Source: Octopus bimaculoides (taxonomy: Eukaryota). Taken from it: 64,000 bases of DNA. The stretch lies in contig NC_068987.1 of assembly GCF_001194135.2 (NCBI RefSeq), forward strand, positions 1,409,477-1,473,476, written 5' to 3'. This document shows, one piece after another, positions 1 through 12,690 of this stretch (position 1 is the first letter of the stretch; the number at the start of each line of letters is the position of its first letter). Made by a program: the position numbers and the translations under genes. Under the pieces are notes generated by a model. It ran no database searches. It saw only the letters and a list, made by a program, of their open reading frames with translations, and had not been told where the DNA came from.

Positions 1-113
1 ATATATATATATATATAGAAACATACACACACACATAAACACTAATACATATATACATACATACTATATACATGCATATAAATATATATATACACACACA
101 CATCGTCACCTAA

Positions 114-160
<47 letters not shown>

Positions 161-535
161 TACGCACACATAAACACCTACAACTTTACATTCTCAACAT
201 TATCATCATTAAAATCAATGTTAAATGAAAATACATCTGTTCATATAAAAGCGAAGACGTTAGTTCCTGTCGTAAATAATGATGCCATTATCTTAGCATT
301 CCTATTCTCTTTCTGCCTGTTTTTCCCCGAGTTCTTTGCATAAAGCACTAAAAGACTGAAAACATTTATGACTGCCAACCAAAAATCTTCTTCTAAATCA
401 TAAACTCTGTTACAGTGTTTCTCCCTACATTGTCTAATTGATACATAATTAGGTCTTCATTATTACTATTATTATTTGACAGATTGATATTTTATTATTA
501 TTATATATTATCATTATTATTATTATTATTATTGT

Positions 536-1025
536 GAAGGCGCATGGCTCAGTGGTTAGAGCGTCGAGCTTACGATCGTGAGGTTGAGAGTTCGATTCCC
601 GGACCGGGCTGCATGTTGTGTTCTTGAGCAAGACACTTTATTTCACGTTGCTCCAGTTCACTCAGCTGTAGAAATGAGTTGTGACGTCACAGGTGCCAAG
701 CTGTATCGACCCCTTTGCCTCTCCCTTGGATACCACTGGTGGTGTGGAGAGAGGAGGCTGGTATGCATGGGCGACTGCTGGTCTTCCATGAATAACCTTG
801 TACTCTTTCACCACAACTTTCTCTCACACTTACTTCCTGTTTCTGTTGTACCTGTAATTCAAAGGGTCAGCCTTGTCACACTGAATCTCCCCGAGAACTA
901 CGTTAAGGGTACACGTGTCTGTGCAGTGCTCAGCCACTAGCACGTTAATTTCACGAACAGGCTGTTCCGTTGATCGGATCAACTGGAACCCTCGACGTCG
1001 TAAGCGACGGAGTGCCAACAACAAC
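536..1025 (+). mobile_element. tRNA-derived SINE, family A (CORE-like central domain), near full length
   Basis: Head GAAGGCGCATGGCTCAGTGGTTAGAGC (A box) and GAGTTCGATTCCC (B box). Central TTGAGCAAGACACTTTATTTCACGTTGCTCCAGTTCACTCAGCTG recurs at 22554. The 3' half recurs at 43040-43250. Ends in an (ACA)n tail. Confidence 0.9.
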
Positions 1026-1726
1026 ATATAAGCACGTAACGTGATTCATGTACAACCAGTGAAGGTGCTAACTGAAGGCCAATATAGAAAGACATATCTT
1101 CTGCTATAGATATTTAAGATTACACTGAAATATTAATCTAGACTGAAGTGTTTCGCGAAGTTGTTTTAACCGACCGCACGACTATAATGTCTCCCAAATT
1201 AAAGTACAAGATTTGATGAAATAATCTTCTTTACGAATACAACGCAATTACAAGAAGGCGGTTGATTCTAATGGACGTGGCTTTTCAATATGCTTCCAGC
1301 ATGCGTTGAAAAAAACCAAAAGAAACCACTACATATATTTGTACATGTGTGTGTGTTAGTGTGTGTTAGTGTGTGTCTGTGTACGTCCATGCACGTGTTC
1401 GTGTGTGTGTGTGAATATATTAAAATTCGGTCTAATGACGTAATTTTGTAATGTACTGTAAGTGCTTGGATCGGTTTACTACTAAAACTCCGACTTGAAC
1501 TTGAACGAAAAATAAGGAGATGCTGTAGTAACCTAGCAAAGAATGGCTACTAGTGGTTTACCATCGAGTGATTTGATATAGATTAGGAAGAATGAACAAG
1601 CAAGCCATGTGGCATCACTTTAGAGTCTGTCGTTTGCACTTCAAACAACTCTGTAATTTATGTTTGAATTACAAGTTCCATGCTTTAAAGCGATACCACG
1701 TGTTTTGCTTAGTCATTACCTCTTTG

Positions 1727-1762
<36 letters not shown>

Positions 1763-1884
1763 AATTTGCTCGTAGATGTGTGAGTGTGTGTATATATAAA
1801 TACACATACGCGCGCCCCATGTAACCACATGTGAATCGTGGGCTATTTTTTCCCCACCGTCTTCCTTTTCTATAACTTCCCTCT

Positions 1885-1990
1885 GTTTCTGAAAAAGAGC
1901 TTTGCTCGGAAAGTGAAACCACTTTTCTGTCCTTCCCTGAGCGTCTGCTAATATTTTGCAAGTACCACGTCCTTGCGTTGTTGCTTTTTT
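1885..1990 (+). mobile_element. Penelope-like terminal remnant with a degenerate hammerhead fold
   Basis: GTTT-CTGAAAA-A-GAGC-TTT-GCTC-GGAAAGTG-AAAC followed by CCTGAGCGTCTGCTAATATTTTGCAAGTACCACGTCCT, which recurs in reverse at 26631-26640 and 27340-27374. Confidence 0.6.
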
Positions 1991-2017
1991 GTGTTTGTTC
2001 TTCGTATTTTTTTATTG

Positions 2018-2066
<49 letters not shown>

Positions 2067-2157
2067 NNNNNNNNNNNNNNNNNNNNNNNNNNNNNNNNNN
2101 NNNNNNNNNNNNNNNNNNNNNNNNNNNNNNNNNNNNNNNNNNNNNNNNNNNNNNNNN

Positions 2158-2191
<34 letters not shown>

Positions 2192-2361
2192 TATATATAT
2201 CATGTGCATTTCGTTTGCTATGGAACTGGATACAATATATTACTTGCATATATCATCCTTCAAGGATAACATTGTAAACTTTCTGATAAAAGTATTAAAT
2301 ATATAATTTCCTTTGTTTTCCGTTAATGTTCGAAAATATCTGATCTAAAGTACAGAGACAT

Positions 2362-2421
<60 letters not shown>

Positions 2422-3333
2422 TTTTGTGTGTACATACCGATGCATGTATCTAAGTATATATATGTGTGTATATGTGTGTGTGTATTTATGTATCTGCGTA
2501 AGTGTGCAATTGTTTTCTTATATGTATGTGTGTGTGTGTATATGTGTGTGTGTTGAGCTGTAAGTGTGTGGATGCTCTCTTAGCATGATTAATTGACTTT
2601 TAGGAACATTGCACACTCGGCTTAAAAGTGCAATTTAATTATGCAACGTGTATCGCGACCTATGTATTGTACCACCTAACACTACCGTCCCCGCCATGTC
2701 CGACTCTCCCCGCCGTTTATCACCTCTTCACCTCCGTCACACATGACACCTCACACAGCCATTAACGATGAAATAAATATTCTCCAATGTAAACTAACCA
2801 ACCAATGTTGAGGAATCAGAAAGCAAAAAAACACGGCAGAGCAATAATTATGCGAAATTCGATGTAAAAATCTAATCGTGGCCGAAGGGGACACGTTGAT
2901 CGAAGGAAATATTAATGAGAGCAATCGCCCAGATATTTGTAATGTGGTCGATTCGTACGAGCTTCCACTTAATTTGATTATAAGGGCTTTTTTTAATTCT
3001 ATTTTTCGCAATGAGCACAAATGAATTGTGATAGGTTCGACCCATAATTGCACAGTTCTAATGAAAATGATCTAGTTTCTGCATTAAACAGCAGACATGA
3101 CATATTTGCTGTACTGGCTAACACAGAACAATGGCATATGTAAATATAAGGAGTAGCTGGGCAAGAGGCGCGTTGGGACGCCTTCTGCGTCTATAACTAA
3201 CTATGAAGTGGCCACTTAATATATTTCATGTAATCAAGTAATTTCAATTATATTACAGACATTATAATGACGAATAAAAAAAATCGAACAATTTCTAAAT
3301 GAGTAATTCTAGCCAAGAAAGGCACATAGACTG

Positions 3334-3379
<46 letters not shown>

Positions 3380-3779
3380 AATATAAAGACAGTGTAGGTA
3401 TGACTTTGGCTATGTCTCCAGGATGAAGGTTGACCGAGGACAAAACAATAATAACGACCCCCATATATATTCCCATATTCTCTATACTTATGTTGAACTG
3501 ACAATCTCGATCCAATCAGCTAATAGTTTAGCCGCCGCCATCTTCTAGAAACAGTTTCATTTTATCTCTTCTCTCTAAAAGGGAGTTATTTTACAATTGA
3601 CTTTTCCTTCCTTCATTTAATTCTCTAGATACCAAACACTGTTTCATCAGATGTATTTTATCTTTTCAATAACAATCTTATACTTTATATTCCCCCCCTC
3701 CTCTCTGCTCTCGACTCTCTCACATACACAGCTATGTTTTTTATTAGTATTTTCACTTTCAGTATTTTTCAACTAATAT

Positions 3780-4265
3780 TTTCTTTGTCGCTGATACTTT
3801 AAGTGTGATTTTCATTTGAAATTCATATATTCTATCTATGTCACGTCGTCTTAGATTAAACTCTTCTTCTATTTCGTTCTTTGTACACAACTTGTTCCGT
3901 TTATTTCTATTATGAATAACATTTAATACCAACATTTTCTCTTGTTGAATTCAGGCTTAACATACTAGCTGACTGATAAAAAGTTGTTGGTTAAACATTA
4001 CTTACATTTCTTCATTGATTTCGATCAGAAATAATATATTCATCAATATTAGACACCATTTGATTTAGATCTGATTTCCTATCATTTTGTGTAATCTTTA
4101 TCGCTTTCAATCTTTTAATGCTAGATTTACTAAAGTCAATACGTCTGTTTTCCAGCATTACAGTAACTTGGGCGACTTTATTAAATTTGATTATCCTCTT
4201 CCATTGCTCTTTTCTAGACTCAAATGTTATCAAATCCCTTGGCCACCGCTTCTTAGCCTTATTAG
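3780..4265 (-). pseudogene. Decayed A/K-rich ORF remnant, probably retroelement-derived
   Basis: Minus strand reads KKIANKAKKRWPRDLITFESRKEQWKRIIKFNKVAQVTVMLENRRIDF... and, after stops, MLVLNVIHNRNKRNKLCTKNEIEEEFNLRRRDIDRIYEFQ. No family motif recognised. Confidence 0.3.
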
Positions 4266-4274
4266 CAATCTTTT

Positions 4275-4327
<53 letters not shown>

Positions 4328-4354
4328 TGTATATATATATTATGTATATTTATA

Positions 4355-4398
<44 letters not shown>

Positions 4399-4939
4399 TG
4401 TGTGTATAACGCACACACAAACTCATATATGAGTGCGTGAATATGCACATATATACATATATGTATATATTGTACCTCTGTTCTCAAAAATATGCATATA
4501 ATCCACCCTGTTAGCATTAATCCATTCTTTACTACTACTACTACTACTATTACTACTATTGATTGATTTGACCCAGGTTCGGTCTTATTCTTGGCAGGAT
4601 TTATGTGAGTGGTGGTTCACTCCCTGTAACCTTAGCACAAAACTTTACATAGTCTTTCAAGTGCTGAGAACCCCCCTCATAATTTTTCCTGTCTCTAAGA
4701 GGGAATCTCAACAGGACATTCTATTCTAACCATCTTTTTCTTTTTTTTTCCCAATGCACCAATTATTATAGGCACAACGTTTACAGTTTTCATTCTCCAA
4801 ATTTTTGCAATTTAAAATTTTATTATTATTATTATCGTTATCATTATTGTTGTTGTTATTATTATTATTATTAACATCATCACCATCATAATTCTTGCAA
4901 TTGTTTTTACTACAATATCACGTGTTAGTATATATATAT

Positions 4940-5164
4940 TTCTTTATTGCCCACAAGGGGCTAAACATACAGGGGACAAACAAGGACAAACAAAGAGATT
5001 AAGTCGATTACATCGACACCAGTGCGTACCTGGTACTTATTTAATCGACCCCGAAAGGATGAAAGCCAAATCGACCTCGGCGGAATGCGAACTAAAAACG
5101 TAACGGTAGACGAAATACCGCTAAGCATTTCATCCGGCGTGCTAACGTTTCTGCCAGCTCGCCG
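4940..5164 (-). mobile_element. tRNA-derived SINE, family B
   Basis: Reverse of CGGCGAGCTGGCAGAAACGTTAGCACGCCGG...GAGGTCGATTTGGCTTTCATCCTTTCGGGGTCGATTAAATAAGTACCAG...CCCCTTGTGGGCAATAAAGAA. At least ten related copies in the window. Confidence 0.9.
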
Positions 5165-5955
5165 TATATATAGACCTTTCTACACACTATTTTTGGTTGA
5201 TGTTTGTCCTCCAAATATCCTAAAACTATTCTTCCTTATGATATACTTTCACATGAATCTAATTAATTATTTTCAAACGAAATTATTTTTTTTAGCAGGC
5301 TCGTCTCTGTTCTTTAATCTTCGATATTTCAAGGGGCCCCTATGCTTTCCTATCTACTCCCTTCAATTCTTCTGCGTCATATGATAGACTTTATAATGCA
5401 GTTCGGTGTTGGGTCTTTTTTCAACATATGTTCTTTCTAAGAAATATTTGTTTTTTCTTTCTTTCTGATATCCATTTATTGTATATTCTACACCCATATA
5501 TATTTTTTGGTGTGTCTGAGATATCGCACCTCCACTGTTATCAATGATCTCTCAAGTTATTTTCTAATATTGAAAATAGAGGTATTGTTGTGCAGTGCAT
5601 CCACTGTCCTCTTGCAGATTTTCTTTTGTTGCCATAAAAGCAAGCCATATTGATTGCAATTAGACTTTTGCAAAGAAAGCATTTCTCTTTCTGTTATATT
5701 AATTATACCTCGTACAAATAACCTATTAACGCCACGCTGATCCTTGCTCTGCTTTTCCCTTCCCCATCTCATCTTCGCATCTTGATATTCACAAGCATTA
5801 TTAATATTACACACATATATGTGTGTGCATGTATTTACATGTATCTATATATCTACTTGTATATATATTTTGCATAAATACACATGTATACATGAATATA
5901 TACATATATATTATATATATATTATATATATATATATTATATATATATATATTAA

Positions 5956-6049
5956 CAGAATGAGATAAAAATCCAAGGCTGTGAAAGATTTAAGAACATT
6001 TATAAGTGTTCTGAAATCTGTTACAGCCTTGGATTTTTATCTCATTCTG
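5956..6049. repeat. 94-bp near-perfect palindrome
   Basis: CAGAATGAGATAAAAATCCAAGGCTGT (5956-5982) is the exact reverse complement of 6023-6049. The inner 19-bp arms pair with 4 mismatches around a 2-nt centre. Confidence 0.95.
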
Positions 6050-6963
6050 ATAATTTTTTTTATATAAACACACGCTGATATATGACCTACGTTGGACTCC
6101 TCGTTCGCACAATCAACGGACCTGGAGTTTAACTATATCGTATGTGCATAGCACTTACTAAGCATTACCTGACACATTTAGGTGTTCTTGACACCATTAC
6201 CTCTCATAACCTATACATATACATATATATATCTGTGTGTATTATGCTAGCACTCATTTTTACCCTAATTTCAAAAAATCAGTCTTTAATTCGAAATAAA
6301 TATATTTATATGTAGGTTTGACAAAAGAGGAAGGGTGGGCGGCCTACAATGTGGTTTTGTGCAGAACCGGAGAGCATAGTAGGGTGCTGTCTGTTTCCTC
6401 ACACTGATAACCTATCCCAATTCCTCTGCAAGACAGTGAATAGTTCTAAATCCATCTAACGTCCTAGTGGTTATATCAAACCGGGTAACGGATTAAAGCT
6501 ACTACACTAAATTGAGTGATATCCATTTAATGGTCGCTCGCAGAGTTCATGGCACCTTTACAGGAATTGAATTTAGAATGATGCAAATGCGAAAGATACT
6601 CCATTATCAGACTGTCGGGGTCCTACATACATATCAAAAGACCTAGTGATTAATTGTACTCTTCATAACCGAATTCCCTTATCTCATAGATTTCGCTTTC
6701 ATGGTTTTACAAAGACCAAAGAAGAAACCGACTGAACTGCACTGGAATGGTTAAGGTGTATGAAATCCAACGCAGTGGTCCATGGCATTGCCAAATCTTG
6801 ACATAAAACTGATTAAGACAGATTCACGGCGTGACTAAATATTTAAACATTCTCTATTTAGATATGAACAAATGCTCAATCGCTTGCATGAAATTCTCAA
6901 GAAATATAATGATTCGGTTAACCACAACGTTATAATCAACCATTCTTTCCTTCGAGCAATATC

Positions 6964-7145
6964 GTGATTGTTTTGGCTTGCGTTCTTATAATTGTTGTTG
7001 TTCTTGTCGTTGCTGGCGCTAGCGTTGGTTGCGGTGTTGTTGTTGTTGTTGTTATGTTTGCTTTTGACGATTTTACTTTCACTGTTGTTGATGTTAATGT
7101 AGATGTAGTTATCGTTGTGATTGATACTGTTGTTGTAGTTAATAG
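6964..7145. repeat. Degenerate (GTT)n trinucleotide tract
   Basis: Runs of GTTGTT; gives the poly-Val ORF in the track. Confidence 0.85.
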
Positions 7146-7538
7146 TAATGTATCCTCTTAATCCAATAAGCGCAGTCTACCGTTAGATGACGCTAAGATT
7201 AACTGAGGAATTTAACCCATTCAGTGCTGTGTTGTCATAATAGCGTTCCCAGGAGTGAACAGAATAATAGAAATGCAGCATCAATCAGAACATCAACATT
7301 CATGACAACAACAACAAGAATAAACACAACATCGGCAATAATCTGAACGGCAAATGACAACAATGGTGATATTAATGAAGATAATAATGGTATATAATAT
7401 TGAAATTAATAATGATGTTATTACGGTCCCGCCTCTTACTACTGCTTTTGACATTACTACTTGTGATAATGATGAAGGAGAAGGAAGAGGGGGAGGAGGA
7501 GGAGGAGTGGAGGAGATTCTTGTTAAGATTATGATAAA

Positions 7539-7735
7539 AAGTCGGCGAGCTGGACAGTGTGTTTAGCGGTATTTCGCTCGTCGCTACGTTCTCAATTCAA
7601 ATTCTCCCGAGGTTGACTTTACCTTTCACCTTTCGGGGACGATAAATTAAGTACCAGTTAAGTACAGGGATCGATGTGATCTACTATCTCCCCCCAAAAA
7701 ACTTCAAGCCTTGTGCCTATAATAGAAAGGATTAT
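7539..7735 (+). mobile_element. SINE family B
   Basis: GGCGAGCTGG...GAGGTTGACTTTACCTTTCACCTTTCGGGGACGATAAATTAAGTACCAG...CCTTGTGCCTATAATAGAAAGGATTAT. Confidence 0.85.
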
Positions 7736-7747
7736 CTTTATGATAAA

Positions 7748-7915
7748 AAGGCGGGGAACTGCCAGACTCGTTAGCACGCCTGGGAAAACAGTTGGTAGCG
7801 TTTCATCCTTCATTACATTCAAGGTTCAAATGCCGTCGAAGTCGACTTTAATTTTTATCCTTTTGTGATCGATAAAATGAATACCAATTGAGTACTGGCG
7901 TCGATGTAACGACTT
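7748..7915 (+). mobile_element. SINE family B, second tandem copy
   Basis: AAGGCGGGGAACTGCCAGACTCGTTAGCACGCC...GTCGACTTT...GAGTACTGGCGTCGATGTAACGACTT. Confidence 0.8.
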
Positions 7916-8029
7916 ATTAATTATATGAAATTCCCTTTTCTCGCCAGGAGGTCAAAGTTCAAGAAGACATTTTAAAAGCAATTTACTCTCTATTTTAACC
8001 GTTACTGAAGAATATATAACAGAGACATC

Positions 8030-8330
8030 CCGTTAGAAGGAGAGCCCCCGAGAGGGCGATGATGGAAGGTCAGGGATGTCGGATTTCTTTTATTACCCAA
8101 AGTGTTGCTGATCCGGAATGAAGTGTGATCGTCGGCTGAGCAGGAGTGAACCACAAATTTTGGTGGAATGTGTGAATAGGAACCTGACTGAAGTGGTGGA
8201 ATAGGAGTTTTGGAATGAAGAATCTTATCGCATAAACATTTCCCTCGGCTCCAGCCGTTGACAGAACCGTACAGAACTGGGATAAACGGGTGTCAGATGA
8301 GATAAATGTTGAAGCAAGACAGAAATATTT
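8030..8330 (-). mobile_element. Possible decayed CR1/L2-type LINE 3' end
   Basis: Minus strand gives HFIP then (frameshift) SATLW, resembling the FFPRTxxLWNxLP tail of CR1/L2 ORF2. Weak. Confidence 0.3.
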
Positions 8331-8643
8331 GTCATCGACGAATGGATTAAATATAACAATATATTTAATGCTAAATATATTCCTTTCTCTCTAAAATCCC
8401 AAAATGTCTAATGTGAAACAAAAGCTGTTGTCTGGAAAGTGTCACAATAGGATAACCGTTACATTCTTAATCCGCTTTAATCATTTTCTTAAACCAATTT
8501 ATTCTCTATATTTGGAAGTAATTCTAAAGAAATACCGGGCATATATTTACGGGAAATACAAACAAAAACCACATAAAAATATATGTGTGGATATTCAGTT
8601 AAAATAATGTTTATAGAAGACAGACCTGTCTACATTTTCTCAT

Positions 8644-8865
8644 GTGGTAGAAGTGATAGCGTAAAGGACGTAAGGATAGGCAAAATGCTTAGCGGCATTT
8701 CGTCTGTCCTTATGTTCGAAGTTCTAATGCAGCCGAGGTCATCTTTGCCTTTTATCCTTTCGGAGTCGTTGAAATAAGTACCAGTTGACTACTGGGGTCG
8801 ATGTATTCGACTGCTCCCTCCAATCCCAAACTTCAGCCTTTGTGCCTGTCTTAGGAAGGTTTATC
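8644..8865 (+). mobile_element. SINE family B
   Basis: GCAAAATGCTTAGCGGCATTTCGTCTGTC...GAGGTCATCTTTGCCTTTTATCCTTTCGG...AAATAAGTACCAGTTGACTACTGGGGTCGATGT. Confidence 0.85.
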
Positions 8866-9586
8866 TAGTTGTTATGACCGAAAGAGGTTCTATGATGGGC
8901 GAGACTGGAAGTATTTAGGAAAGAGACCTTCCTCTTCGACCAAAACTTCATTGATCCTGTCAAAAAATGTTGGGTTTTTTTTTGTTTTTTTCCTGAGGTA
9001 GGAAATGTGAAAAAATTGAGTGTTGGAAAATAATCGCTATTTATTCGCAAGAAATACGTTCTTTAAAACAGAACAACGTGTTTTTCCCCCTTAAATTTTT
9101 TTGGAGGCATCTTTAAATACTGTAGTTAGTTTTTTTTTTCTATATTTTCTGTTTTTTTTTTCTTAAATAAATCCCTTTCTCTTTAAAAAGGAACATTGAG
9201 TGAATACAATTATATTTGTACATATATATTTAGAATTTCTGCGTAGATACCTTGTAATATCCACAATACGGAATAGCGAGACAATATACATCTGACAATT
9301 TAATAATAATAATAATAATAATAATAATAGTAATAATAATAATTAGGAGGAGGGGGAGGAGTAAAACGAAGGAGGAGGAGAGTAGTAGTTGATGATGATG
9401 ATGATGAAATTCCTTGTGCTTGCTTGACATATGTCTTGATTGTAGATCTCTATGAAATGATACATCAACATATAATAATTTTCCTTTATTCATTTCTAAT
9501 CACAGGGGAAATATAAAAGTGATAAACCGATATACTAAATACATCGCAAAGTGGAACCGAATTAATTATACCGGGATGCATACACG

Positions 9587-9633
<47 letters not shown>

Positions 9634-10352
9634 ATACACTCAAACACACACGTACATACATGCGCATCAATACATGTGAGTATAACATACATGTATGTAT
9701 CTATGTTCTTTTGTATCTATGTATATAGAAAGAGAGTGAAAGAGATAGTGAAAGATTTAGATAAAGAGATAATTGTTTTGATTTGATGAATGATATCTAC
9801 GAGGATATAGCTACACAGTTTTGTAGCTCGAGACATGGAGAAAGAGATGGATAAGCACACAGTCGCGCATATAGGGACATACAGAGAATCCTTTTATCAC
9901 ACCTATTCAATGAATCCACCATTAGCATTGATGGCTGCTTTAGTAGGTCTAACATGTTCAAGAAACAGTGACTGACGCAGGAAAATATTGTGACTGTTTT
10001 GCGAGATGGCAAGGAAGACATTCACCTTGGATTTATGGAACGATGTTGTACGGTGAACAATAACAAAAAAAAAAAAACGCTCAAAAATCTCAGAGAGTCT
10101 ATTTGGGGGAAGAAACGGAACGAGAATCCGAAACGATTCAAATTCACCAACGGAATATGTGGTCACATCCTTAGCAACAAATGAGAGAATCGGCAAACAG
10201 GGATGTTCAGGGCTTCCTTGCTTTTCATACAGAAGAGAGTTACTTCATCAGTATCAGCAATCCAAACGACCTACACCTGCTAATAAGTTACAACTGCTTT
10301 TGTAGTACTTTGACTATAACCCAAGCATGCGCGCGCACACAGACAGGCACAG

Positions 10353-10386
<34 letters not shown>

Positions 10387-10897
10387 GTGTGTATGAGAGA
10401 GACAGAGAGAGAGTGTGTGACAGAGAAGGAGAGAAGAATAAAGAATGGGAAGGGCAGATAGCTATTATAGACAGACAGACAGACAGACAGCTAGCTACAT
10501 AGATAGGGAGGTCCACTGTTGAACTGGAGATGAAGTCATTTGAGTGGAATTTTAAACAGAGAGAATACAGTTGTCTTCCAAAGCTCAGTTTAATTTATAT
10601 TAAATAAGATAAACAGAATTTCTAAAGATGGAAGTACTAAACTAGTGATTTTGATATCTGCAACTCTACAGCTGGCCTTCTTTACAATTCCAAGACTTTC
10701 TAAGGGTTAATCGAATCAAGTTGGCTGCATATCCTTGCTTCCTGCTGATAATAATTTCAAGGCACGCCATTCTTCATTATTTCATACACGTTTTAATGTT
10801 GCACTGGTATGATACACGTTCGGAATTGGTACCGCTATCATTATTATCATTGCCTGTAAACATACATACATACATACATACATACGCGCACTCACAA

Positions 10898-10950
<53 letters not shown>

Positions 10951-11646
10951 CGTGTGTGTGTGTGTGTGTATACATATGTAGATGTATATGCATACACACA
11001 TACACATGCACATGTATATATATGTATGTATCGATGTATATAAAAGGAGAGAGAGAGAGAGAAAAATAGATATAGAGAGTGGGAGGAAAAGAAAGATCTG
11101 AGTTCGGTGGGACTGCGATCAAATTTTGATCCTTCTAAAACATCGAACAGTTATGAGCCTCGCCGTCTCGTAGTCGTCGTAAAATAATACAACTTTTTGC
11201 CTACCTCCTTCTACTGTGGTTGAGTCATTAGTTTCCAGCGCCATCTGTTCGGTGGTTCTACTACTAAACTGTCATTTACTCAAGCCATCTAGGATCATTT
11301 TGTCGGTCAATCAAGCATGGTGGCACACTTCTTTCTTCAATATGGCGCCACATCCTTCTCTGTGGAGGTTTAAAACATTTGGGGGTCATTCAACTGGAAC
11401 ATGGATGGCATCACTGTTATGAGTGTCAGGCTCAGGAAATGGAGGGGGAGGGTGCCATACTGGAGGAAAACCCAAAAGTAACAGGATGTTGTAATGACTA
11501 CCACAAGTTTCTAAGCTTCCATCGCAACACTGGTCGAAGCAAAGCCATGCGGAGAATCTTGTTCTCTCAAAAAACACAAACATACAAATACACACACGTA
11601 TGCACACACAAACGTTTGCGTGTGTGAGTGAAGGAATATATGTGTG

Positions 11647-11961
11647 CAGTAGCGGACTGGCCAGGTTGCCAACTTTCCCCATGGCAAGTGGGCTCCTACG
11701 CCATTAGAATCCATATATGGGGGTTAATATTAGTATTCAAGGGGTCCATCCCCTCAAGTCTGAGAATTTTTTATTCACTTTATTCACTCCGGGAAGAATG
11801 CATTCATTCAGCCTGGCTGTGTTTGTAGACAGTTAAAAAGAATACTTTTAAGAATAAATAAAAAGGGATTAAATGATAGCATTTTAGCTGCGAGTGGGCT
11901 CCATTGCAGTTGCGGGTGGCCCTACTTATTGTCCAATATATTTATACCCAGTCCGCCACTG
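11647..11961. mobile_element. Non-autonomous hAT-type MITE, 315 bp
   Basis: TIRs CAGTAGCGGACTGG (11647-11660) and CCAGTCCGCCACTG (11948-11961), 13/14 match. The 8-bp flanks TATGTGTG (11639-11646) and TATGTGCG (11962-11969) are 7/8 identical, which fits a hAT-length TSD. Confidence 0.8.
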
Positions 11962-12326
11962 TATGTGCGTGTATGTATAAGTTCTATATGTAATGTATGC
12001 GTATATATATATATATNNNNNNNNNNNNNNNNNNNNNNNNNNNNNNNNNNNNNNNNNNNNNNNNNNNNNNNNNNNNNNNNNNNNNNNNNNNNNNNNNNNN
12101 NNNNNNNNNNNNNNNNNNNNNNNNNNNNNNNNNNNNNNNNNNNNNNNNNNNNNNNNNNNNNNNNNNNNNNNNNNNNNNNNNNNNNNNNNNNNNNNNNNNN
12201 NNNNNNNNNNNNNNNNNNNNNNNNNNNNNNNNNNNNNNNNNNNNNNNNNNNNNNNNNNNNNNNNNNNNNNNNNNNNNNNNNNNNNNNNNNNNNNNNNNNN
12301 NNNNNNNNNNNNNNNNNNNNNNNNNN

Positions 12327-12371
<45 letters not shown>

Positions 12372-12435
12372 GTGTGTGTATACATACATCCATACATACA
12401 CACACAGACACATATATGCACACACATTCTTATGC

Positions 12436-12690
12436 CTCACTCTCGACGTATGTCACCCACTTTTGCTCTCTCGATTTTTCCTCCCTCTCAATTTGTCTAT
12501 ACATATGAATATATGCAGACATACATATGTATACATACATACATTCATACACACACAAATACTTCTCACTCTCGACGTATGTCACACACTTTTCATCTTT
12601 CCCTACCCTTCTCTTTTCCCTCCCTCTCTCCTTGTCTATATATATGTATATATGCACGCGTACATATGTCTACATACATTCATGCATACA
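12436..12690 (+). repeat. Local tandem duplication, period about 129 bp
   Basis: CTCACTCTCGACGTATGTCAC(C/A)CACTTTT at 12436 and 12565, each followed by TTGTCTATA..ATATG..ATATATGCA. Confidence 0.8.

Noticed and set aside
536-620. tRNA gene
   Set aside because: A and B boxes are present, but there is no acceptor stem closure and it continues into a SINE body. The same holds for the tRNA-like heads at about 14170-14235 and 31965-32025.
9800-10310. L1/Tx1-like RT remnant (RIGKQGC...)
   Set aside because: The similarity is too weak to call by eye; a profile HMM search would decide.
10629-10653. miR-7-like TGGAAG...ACTAGTGATTTTG
   Set aside because: An insertion breaks the seed and there is no precursor hairpin.
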